From: Dehalococcoidia bacterium
GTDB lineage: Bacteria > Chloroflexota > Dehalococcoidia > Lucifugimonadales > GCA-2717565
Direction of reading: 5' to 3'
Assembly (NCBI GenBank): GCA_009692865.1
Contig: SHYH01000001.1
Span: 9,548-73,547 of the forward strand
Length of the DNA stretch: 64,000 bases
The position numbers and the translations under genes are program-made. Under the pieces are notes generated by a model, which worked only from the letters and a program-made list of their open reading frames with translations, ran no database searches and was not told the DNA's origin. The first letter of the stretch is position 1. The number at the start of each line of letters is the position of its first letter. This document shows positions 57,305 through 64,000 of this stretch, piece by piece.

Positions 57305-57459
57305 ACAGGGAGAGTTGCTGGGAAGCTCCCCAGACTAGTACTTGGGTTAAGTCCCAAGACAGCCAACTAGGACGAGCAAAGGGGGAAAGTTCTTTGGAAA
57401 GAGTTCCCCTGACCTCTCCGAAAGAATCTCCCACCCTCAACGTCTTCCTCAACCTGCTA
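57305..57459 (+). repeat. Family-D repeat, copy D3 (degenerate) ending in an A-type terminal fragment
   Basis: AAGTCCCAAGACAGCCAACTAGGACGAGCAAAGGGGGAAAGTTCTTTGG... arms with a decayed core. Ends CTCAACCTGCTA, whose CTA is the PAC2 gene stop. Confidence 0.5.
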
Positions 57460-58368
57460 GGACCCCTGGCCCCCAGGGCCCTCATCACGCTGGCGTTTCA
57501 GGAACTCCTCCATGTCCCGAACCAGGTCCTCGGCGTTGGGCATGGGCTCGGGAGCGGAGGCCGAGGGCGCCACGTACTGCTCCTCCAGCTGTCGCACGTA
57601 GGTGCGGAGGTCTCGGTTTCGTGCCAGCAGCTTCTCCATCTCTTCACGAAAGACGTTGACCGACTCCTGCATCTCTCTCAGGTCCAGATCGATATCCAGC
57701 GTCCTGCCCAGCCGCTGCAAGAGGCTGTTGCTCACCAGGGGATTCGGCACCTGGGGCAGGTAGTGGGAGGCGTGGCCCCACAGGCTAGCCCAAGTCCAGG
57801 GCGTGCCCCGAAGGGCATCGTAGAGGACGGAATGGACGCTGGTGGGGCCCTGGAACACGCCGCTCCCCGACTGGAGGATCCCCTGGGCCTCCAGCCGTCG
57901 GCTCAGCTCAGGGTCGTTGGTCCTGCCGGTGATGCGAGGGGCCCGAGTGTGGGGCACGGCGTTGAGGAGGGCCCCCAGGGTCACCAGGACCCGAGCATCG
58001 CAGGCCTCGGCGTACCCCAGCAGGGTGCGGGTGAAGGTCCGCCACTTGAGGTGAGGCTCGACGCCCAGGAAGAGAAGCAGATCCGCCCCTCCCTTGGTGT
58101 TCTTCCAGAAGTAGAACTCGTTGGCAGGCCACCGAACGGTCCGCTCGCCGCTCTCGGTGACCGCCGACGTTGGCCGATCCTGGGTGAAATTGTAGAACTC
58201 CTCGGGGTCGAAGGAGGCGCAGAGGGTGGCCGGGAGGGAGCGGGTGAGGTAGCGCACGGCCGCTGTGGCCGACTCGCCGGCATCAGGCCACCCAGAGAAG
58301 GCCACCACTAACACCCCTCGATGGAGGGCGGGCCGCTGATAGACCGTAAGGTGAGGGGACTGCTCCAT
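57457..58368 (-). CDS. PAC2-family (proteasome assembly chaperone-like) protein
   Basis: LVVAFSGWPDAGESAT..., GVEPHLKW..., LWGHASHYL pattern. Start trimmed to MEQSPHL (58368). Confidence 0.8.
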   Translation of the reverse strand: MEQSPHLTVYQRPALHRGVLVVAFSGWPDAGESATAAVRYLTRSLPATLCASFDPEEFYNFTQDRPTSAVTESGERTVRWPANEFYFWKNTKGGADLLLFLGVEPHLKWRTFTRTLLGYAEACDARVLVTLGALLNAVPHTRAPRITGRTNDPELSRRLEAQGILQSGSGVFQGPTSVHSVLYDALRGTPWTWASLWGHASHYLPQVPNPLVSNSLLQRLGRTLDIDLDLREMQESVNVFREEMEKLLARNRDLRTYVRQLEEQYVAPSASAPEPMPNAEDLVRDMEEFLKRQRDEGPGGQGS

Positions 58369-58442
58369 AGCTTGGAAGTCTACTCCTCCCCTGGAGGGAG
58401 AACAACAGCCTACTTGATTGGTTACACGGAATCGGATACTGT

Positions 58443-58832
58443 ATGGTTGTGGCAAAGCGCAGAAAAGGGCCAACCTACCTCCCGTGGGACGGGGCCCGTG
58501 TCAGGGCCCTACGGCGACACCTGGGAGTGACCCAGACCCATTTTGCCCAGGAACTGGGGATACGCCAGCAGACCATCAGCGAGTGGGAAACGGGCCTCTA
58601 CCAACCCCGGGGCGCCTCCCGGACCCTCTTGGCCATCATCGCCGAGCGGGCCCGCTTTCCTTACCAGGCCCAGGACCCAGCGCCGGAGCCCCCGCGGCGA
58701 CCCCTGAAGCCTAGGGCAAGATCCACAATCAGCCTCCTGGCAAAAGGAATGGCTGAAAGTTGTTTGGGAGGGACCTCTGGGGAACCCTTTCTTGCAAGAA
58801 AGGGTTCCCCAGCCCTCTCCAAAAGAACCTGA
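58443..58832 (+). CDS. XRE-family helix-turn-helix protein
   Basis: LRRHLGVTQTHFAQELGIRQQTISEWETG HTH. The last ~25 codons and the stop lie inside repeat D4. Confidence 0.65.
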   Translation: MVVAKRRKGPTYLPWDGARVRALRRHLGVTQTHFAQELGIRQQTISEWETGLYQPRGASRTLLAIIAERARFPYQAQDPAPEPPRRPLKPRARSTISLLAKGMAESCLGGTSGEPFLARKGSPALSKRT

Positions 58833-58849
58833 AACACTCAACAGGGTGT
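58741..58849 (+). repeat. Family-D palindromic repeat, copy D4
   Basis: GAAAGTTGTTTGGGAGGG + GGGGAACCCTTTCTTGCAAGAAAGGGTTCCCC + CCTCTCCAAAAGAACCTGAAACACTCAACAGGGTG. Confidence 0.7.
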
Positions 58850-58857
58850 TCGCCGCC

Positions 58858-60196
58858 ATGAGCAACACGGTTCCAGATAAACACAAGAGGGCAGCCCCCA
58901 AGGAGGCGGAGGTTGCCCGCCTGTGGAACAGCCAGGCGGTGCGCTCCCGGTCATTGAGGACCACCGACGGAGAGCGGCTTCAGGTCCTCTACCCAGGACG
59001 CCCCAGATCAGAAGCCGGACCCGACTTCAAGGACGCCCTGGTGGTGACCCAGCGGGGAGGGCTCCTCCAAGGGGATGTGGAGGCCCACGTGGACCAACGG
59101 GGATGGCGGACCCACGGCCACCACCGGGACCCCCGATACAACGGAGTCATCCTCCACGTCGTCCTCTATTCCCAGAAGGGCGCATACCCTTCTACAGGCC
59201 GGTGGAACGGCGCCAGTGGTAGCTCTGGGACCGGCGAAGACCCGTGGGAGTCCCAGGGCAAAGGCCCAATCTGCCTCCTCCAGGGATCAGAGGGGGACAA
59301 CGCTCCTGGCCTGGCGCCAAGGCATGCCTGAGGAGGAGGTGGGACGCCTCCTGGACCGCGCCGGAGACCAGCGGTTTTTCGCCAGGAGCCACCGTTTCGG
59401 GCGGGAGATGGCATAGTGTGAGACGGACCAGGTGCTCTACGAGTCCCTCCTGAAGGCCCTTGGGTACAGCCAGAACCAGGAGCCCTTCCTAGCCCTGGCG
59501 TCCCTCCTTCCCTGGCAGGCCCTTGCGTCGGGAGGCCATCGCCGTGCCCCAAGGGGGCCGAAAGGGGCTCTTAGAGGCGCTGCTTCTGGGAAGGGCCGGT
59601 TCCTCCCCTCGGACATACCGGAGAAGGGCAGCGGACCCTCCGGAGATCTTCAGGAGCACGTCAGGCGCCTGGCGGACCGGTGGCCGGAGGCGCTCCAGCA
59701 GCCTGCCCCTATCCCATGGGTGCTCTTCCGGGTGAGGCCCGAGAACCACCCCCTGCGTCGGCTCTTGGGGGCGGCCGTCCTCCTTCTCCCCCACCTGGAG
59801 CACGGCCTGGCCACGGGCATGCAGGCGCTCCTCCAGGAGGAGAGGGGGTGCGCCCGCCTTACGAAGCACCTGCGGGCGCCTGCCCCAGGCATCGGGTATG
59901 GCGAGCCGCGCCAGGGCCAACGAGCCCCAGCCTTCATCGGAGAGGGTAGGGCGAAAGACATCCTGGTGAACGTGCTCCTCCCCTTCTTCCACGCCAAGGG
60001 AGGCATCACGGGCGCCGCCTGGATGGAGGCCCGCGCCCTGGAGATCCACCACCAAATGCCCCTCCTTCAGGAGAACGCCATCACCCGGGAGATGCGGCGC
60101 CAGCTCCTGCCCGCTGACAACCCCCTGGTCCTGGGGGCCCGGCGCCAGCAAGGACTCATCCACCTGTACCGCACCGTCTTCGGAAGGCAGGGCTAA
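58858..60196 (+). pseudogene. DUF2851-family gene, disrupted (frameshift + in-frame TAG)
   Basis: Frame 1 reads ...GPDFKDALVV...GDVEAHVDQRGWRTHGHHRDPRYNGVILHVVLY. It shifts near 59165-59215 to ...PVVALGP...EEVGRLLDRAGDQRFFARSHRF. A TAG at 59414-59416 is in the same frame as the continuing ...LYESLLKALGYSQNQEPFL... Confidence 0.65.
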
Positions 60197-60294
60197 GCCC
60201 TGCACCCACGCTACGGGAGGTGATCTAGGACAAACGCCAAGGTTAAAGGCGCGACGTCCTCTGCACCCATCCCAAGACCGGCAGATGATCAAGG

Positions 60295-60355
60295 GAAGAG
60301 AGTGCTTTGGGAAGGGATTACCTCTCCGAAAGAACATCAACTCTCAAAGCCTGCT
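60295..60355 (+). repeat. Family-D repeat, copy D5 (core palindrome deleted)
   Basis: GAGAGTGCTTTGGGAAGGGATTACCTCTCCGAAAGAACATCAACTCTCAAAGCCTGCT: both arms are joined without the 32-nt core. Confidence 0.5.
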
Positions 60356-60520
60356 CACGGTGCACCAGGTAGTACGGACACGCCCCGCCGCTGTCCGCTA
60401 GAGCGAGCCAAAATGAGCGCCCCCGCGGGTTTCCCCCTCGGGAAGGCGTCTGCTATGATGGCGAAAGGGGGTACGGCCTCAAAGGTGCGTGCCGCGCTAC
60501 CATCAACGGAGGGGAGCTGA

Positions 60521-61231
60521 ATGGACTTGGGCGCGTGGGGCTTTCAGGACTTCCGCCTCCTGGAGGGGGAGGAAGTGGTCGTTGGCCTGGGGCAGCACGT
60601 CGGGCTCAGCACCTCCGCCATGCGGGACAAGGCCCTGGTCCTTCTGACCAACCGTCGGGCCTTCTACCTGGCCCGGGATGGACGCCGATGGCAGGCCCTG
60701 GTGGCTGACCTGGAGGAGGTGACGGCCCTGGAGATGGGGAGCGCCGGCAAGAACCCAACCACCCTTGCCATCGGCGCCGCGGGCCTGGTCGCAGGGGTCC
60801 TCGGGTGGCTCCTGCTGCCCCCCACACCCGTCATCCTCCCCTGGGTAGCTGCCGTGCTGGCGGGCGCTGGGGCGGTGCTCCTTGTCCTGTTCTTCGCCCT
60901 TCCCGAGGAGGGGGCTCTCGTCCTCCGTGTAGGCGCAGGGCAAGTGCGGCTGGAGGTCTCCAGCAAGGGATCGGCCAGTCAGATCTCCACCCTTGTGGAC
61001 CGCCTCTTCACCCTCAAGGACGCCCTGCGCAGGGCCCGCGCCCCCCAACCTGCACCGGCGTCGGAGCCCTCGCCCTCCCAACCGGCCGTCGTCGGCTCCC
61101 CTGGGCCCCAGGAGGTACCGCCCCAGGAGACCGCCCCGCTCCCCAGCGAGGCCTCAACAGATCAGCCCTTGCGGGAGGCCTTCGCACCGCCAGAAGCGCC
61201 CAGGTTCGAACAGAGGCCTGCAGACTGGTAA
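60521..61231 (+). CDS. Hypothetical membrane protein with Pro-rich C-terminal tail
   Basis: N-terminal PH/GRAM-like segment, two TM helices, then an A/P/Q/E-rich tail. No recognised motif. Confidence 0.45.
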   Translation: MDLGAWGFQDFRLLEGEEVVVGLGQHVGLSTSAMRDKALVLLTNRRAFYLARDGRRWQALVADLEEVTALEMGSAGKNPTTLAIGAAGLVAGVLGWLLLPPTPVILPWVAAVLAGAGAVLLVLFFALPEEGALVLRVGAGQVRLEVSSKGSASQISTLVDRLFTLKDALRRARAPQPAPASEPSPSQPAVVGSPGPQEVPPQETAPLPSEASTDQPLREAFAPPEAPRFEQRPADW

Positions 61232-61303
61232 TGAGTTATCCCTGGAGGGCATCGGCGGGGCTCGGCAGACAAGAACCAACGCGTGAGCCGACAGGGCCTT
61301 TGC

Positions 61304-61332
61304 TTGACACCCAGAAAGGCCCATGCTAACCT
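61304..61332 (+). promoter_or_regulatory. Putative promoter of hrcA
   Basis: TTGACA, 17 nt spacer, TAACCT, about 60 nt upstream of ATG 61395. No CIRCE seen here. Confidence 0.4.
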
Positions 61333-61394
61333 CGAGGCAAGGTGGCTAGCGGTTCGGCAAGAGGCCTGCCAGGTTCGAATAACGAGGCAGCCAT

Positions 61395-62411
61395 ATGCTA
61401 ACAGAACGAAGGGGCACGGTGCTCCGGTTCCTGGTGAGCGAATACATCGACACGGCCGCGCCCGTGGGGTCGGAGACCCTGGTCCGGAGGCACGGGCTGG
61501 GGGTAAGCTCCGCCACCGTCCGCAACGACATGTCCAGCTTGGAGGAGGCTGGATTCATCACCCGATTCCACACCTCCGCCGGCGGCGTCCCCCTGGAAAA
61601 GGGGTACCGCTACTACGTTGAGACCACCCCATCCGAAGACACCCTGACGCCCGAGGTCAGGGAGTCCCTATGGCAGCGCCTCCAGAGAAGCGGCCGGGAC
61701 GTGGAGGAGAGGCTGAACGAGGCCGCAGAAAGCCTGGCGGGACTGGTAGGCAACATAGCCATTGTCACCGCCCCTCGGTTCACCGAGTCCCGATTGAGGC
61801 ATGTGGAGCTTGTGCACCTGCAGGGCTACCTGGCGCTTCTCGTCATCGTCCTCCAGGAGGCCACCCTCCGAAAGGAGGTCCTGACCACGGACGAACCGAT
61901 CAACCAGGACCAGCTGGCCGCGCTGGCCAACCGACTCAACGCCAGCCTGGCGGGGCGCACCAGGGCGGAGATTCAGGAGAGGCCCCTCGGTACATCCCTC
62001 TTTGAAACACAGGTGCGTGAGCGGGTCCTCCACATCCTGCAGCGCCAGGACCAGGAGCGTAGCACAGACCTGTTTCTCCACGGCCTGCGGCACCTGCTGA
62101 GGCAACCAGAGTTCTCCACTGGAGACCGGTTCCAGACAGCCGTGGACGTCCTGGAAGACCGTAACCTCCTGATGAAGGTGTTCTCGGAGTGGGAAAACGC
62201 CGAGGTAGCAGTCCTTATTGGGAAGGAGAACCCGTACGAGGCCCTGCAAACCTTTAGCGTCGTGGTGTGCCGATACGGCCGTCCCGGAGAGGCGACGGGA
62301 GCCCTGGGGGTCGTCGGCCCCACCAGGATGCAGTACCACCACACCATCGCCGCAGTCCAAACGGTGTCGGCCCTCGTCGGCCAGCTTCTGGAGGAGCCCC
62401 ACGGTAGCTAG
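61395..62411 (+). CDS. hrcA: Heat-inducible transcription repressor HrcA
   Basis: EYIDTAAPVGSETL...SSATVRNDMSSLEEAGFI...HTSAGGVP. 338 aa. Confidence 0.93.
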   Translation: MLTERRGTVLRFLVSEYIDTAAPVGSETLVRRHGLGVSSATVRNDMSSLEEAGFITRFHTSAGGVPLEKGYRYYVETTPSEDTLTPEVRESLWQRLQRSGRDVEERLNEAAESLAGLVGNIAIVTAPRFTESRLRHVELVHLQGYLALLVIVLQEATLRKEVLTTDEPINQDQLAALANRLNASLAGRTRAEIQERPLGTSLFETQVRERVLHILQRQDQERSTDLFLHGLRHLLRQPEFSTGDRFQTAVDVLEDRNLLMKVFSEWENAEVAVLIGKENPYEALQTFSVVVCRYGRPGEATGALGVVGPTRMQYHHTIAAVQTVSALVGQLLEEPHGS

Positions 62412-62487
62412 CTGCCCCGATCCCTAACACAAGGGGGCTCCCGCGCTCGCTTCGCCCCAGGGCCACGGCCCCCGGAGCCCAGTTCCC

Positions 62488-63645
62488 ATGCAAGAGCAGA
62501 AGAAAGACTACTACGAGCTTCTGGAGATCCCGCGCGACGCCTCCGGGGAGGAGGTGCGGCGGGCCTATAGGCGCAAGGCCTTGGAGTACCACCCCGACCG
62601 CAACAAGAACTCCGACGCCGCCGAGCGGTTCATGGAGGTCAACGAGGCCTATCAGATCCTGACCGACCCGAACCAGCGCGGGCTGTACGATCGGTTCGGC
62701 CACGTGGGGGTCAAGGCCAACGGCGCAGCATCAGCGCGAGGGTTCGATGGCCATGACCCCTTCGCAGGGTTCGGGGACATCTTCGACGCCTTCTTCGGCG
62801 ACGTGGGTGTTCGCGCCGGGGCCAGGTCCCAACAAGGTTCCGACCAGCTCCTTCGTCTGACCCTCTCCTTCCAGGAGGCCGTTTTCGGCGCCACCAAAGA
62901 GGTCGATGTCACCCGGGTGGGCCTCTGCGAACGGTGCCAGGGCGCCAGCGCTGAGCCCGGAACCACTGGCAAGACCTGCGGCGCCTGCCGCGGCACCGGC
63001 CAGGTGCGGCGGGTCCAGCAGAGCATCTTCGGCCAGTTCGCCCACATTACCACCTGTAGCGTTTGCCAGGGCGAAGGCATCGTCGTCTCCTCCCCATGCA
63101 CCCGTTGCAGGGGCGCGGGCCGAGAGCAGGGCACTCGCCGGTTGCAGGTCCATATCCCTGGCGGCGTAGAAAACGGCACCCAGGTGCGACTGACCGGCGA
63201 AGGCGATTCCGGACTGCACGGCGGCGGCCCAGGCGACCTGTACGTGGAGCTTCTCGTCGAGCCGCATCCGTCCTATCGTCGCCAGGGCGACGACCTCCTC
63301 TACGTGCTGCCCCTGAACATCTCCCAGGCTGCCCTAGGGGACGTCGTCACCATCACCACCCTCGACGGCGACGTCGAAACGGTCAAGTTCACGCCCGGCA
63401 CCCAGACAGGGACCACCTTTCGCATCAAGGCCAAGGGCGTCCTGCGCCTCCACCGCGGGGGACGAGGTGACCTGGTGGTAGTCGCCAACGTAGTGATCCC
63501 CAAGCGTCTCACCCTCCACCAGCGTCAGCTGCTGGAGGAGCTCGCCCAGACGTTGGGAGATCCCCAGGACGACGGGACCCATGGCGAGGCCAGGGACAGC
63601 TGGTTCGACCGTGTCCGCGACGCCTTGGGCGGCAAAGAACCCTAG
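62488..63645 (+). CDS. dnaJ: Molecular chaperone DnaJ
   Basis: J domain with HPD, G/F region, four CxxCxGxG repeats (CERCQG, CGACRGTG, CSVCQGEG, CTRCRGAG). Confidence 0.95.
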   Translation: MQEQKKDYYELLEIPRDASGEEVRRAYRRKALEYHPDRNKNSDAAERFMEVNEAYQILTDPNQRGLYDRFGHVGVKANGAASARGFDGHDPFAGFGDIFDAFFGDVGVRAGARSQQGSDQLLRLTLSFQEAVFGATKEVDVTRVGLCERCQGASAEPGTTGKTCGACRGTGQVRRVQQSIFGQFAHITTCSVCQGEGIVVSSPCTRCRGAGREQGTRRLQVHIPGGVENGTQVRLTGEGDSGLHGGGPGDLYVELLVEPHPSYRRQGDDLLYVLPLNISQAALGDVVTITTLDGDVETVKFTPGTQTGTTFRIKAKGVLRLHRGGRGDLVVVANVVIPKRLTLHQRQLLEELAQTLGDPQDDGTHGEARDSWFDRVRDALGGKEP

Positions 63646-63656
63646 CCCAACCGACC

Positions 63657-64000
63657 TTGCAAACCGCCAAGTGGCTTGAGCTCAGCGTTGAAACCCCCAG
63701 GGAGTTCGTGGAGCCCCTCTCCAGCATCTTCCACCGCTACGGAAGCGGCGGCGTCGTTGTAGAGGAACCGGGTGGCTACAACCCCGACGAGGGGGAAGCG
63801 CCATCCCCTGATGCCCCTGTCACCCTCAAGACCTATCTCCCCGTCAACGCGACCACCCGCTCTCGCAAGGCCCGCATCGAGGTGGCCATGAAGCTGGTGG
63901 GGCTCCTGTATCCCCTGCCGCCCCTCCAAGAGCGAGAGCTTCAGGAGTCTGATTGGGCAGAGGCGTGGAAGAAGGACCTTCGCGTCTTCCACGTCACCCC
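63657..64000 (+). CDS. prmA: Ribosomal protein L11 methyltransferase, 5' part (runs off window)
   Basis: Hand translation gives (M)QTAKWLELSVETPREFVEPLSSIFHRYGSGGVVVEE...ESDWAEAWKKDLRVFHVT, typical of the PrmA N-terminal domain. TTG start is tentative. Confidence 0.7.
   Translation, partial: MQTAKWLELSVETPREFVEPLSSIFHRYGSGGVVVEEPGGYNPDEGEAPSPDAPVTLKTYLPVNATTRSRKARIEVAMKLVGLLYPLPPLQERELQESDWAEAWKKDLRVFHVT

Noticed and set aside
59414-59416. TAG in DUF2851 as programmed read-through or pyrrolysine
   Set aside because: No pyl genes here, and the gene also carries an independent frameshift. A pseudogene is the simpler explanation.

Overview
GC-rich bacterial chromosomal window (roughly two-thirds G+C by eye, not computed) with about 60 protein genes. 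I found no rRNA, tRNA, CRISPR array, transposase, integrase or reverse transcriptase. Phylum cannot be determined from sequence alone. The backbone is housekeeping: coaE, selA, ffh, argB/argJ, tilS, tmk, pdxST, uvrA, rpmH-rnpA-yidD-(PQQ lipoprotein)-yidC-jag, groESL with a CIRCE operator, and hrcA-dnaJ-prmA. Accessory content includes two type II toxin-antitoxin pairs, a chromate transporter and an MMPL transporter. It also includes a co-directional ubiD-ubiA-ubiX-(fusion)-menG-cupin quinone-type operon and a hydratase-only cluster of 3 crotonases plus 2 heteromeric MaoC pairs. Three things stand out. (1) Intergenic DNA is saturated with at least 24 copies of four interrelated families (A-D) of nested GC-rich palindromic, MITE-like elements. 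Family A (~150 nt, 17-nt terminal inverted repeats ending in TA) repeatedly sits so that its outermost TTA/CTA is itself the stop codon of the neighbouring gene. (2) A single 697-codon ORF fuses a DHDPS-like aldolase, an MfnB-like (archaeal methanofuran 4-HFC-P synthase family) domain and a TusA-like domain inside the prenyl-quinone operon. (3) In the hydratase cluster, two tandem crotonase paralogues are about 95% identical at their ends but diverged in a central cassette. Four genes are disrupted by frameshifts (thiolase-like, DUF35, GNAT-like, DUF2851), mostly at G/C runs, so read-level verification is needed. Repeat coordinates are hand-counted and may be off by 1-3 nt. All homology calls are from motif recognition by eye, not database searches.
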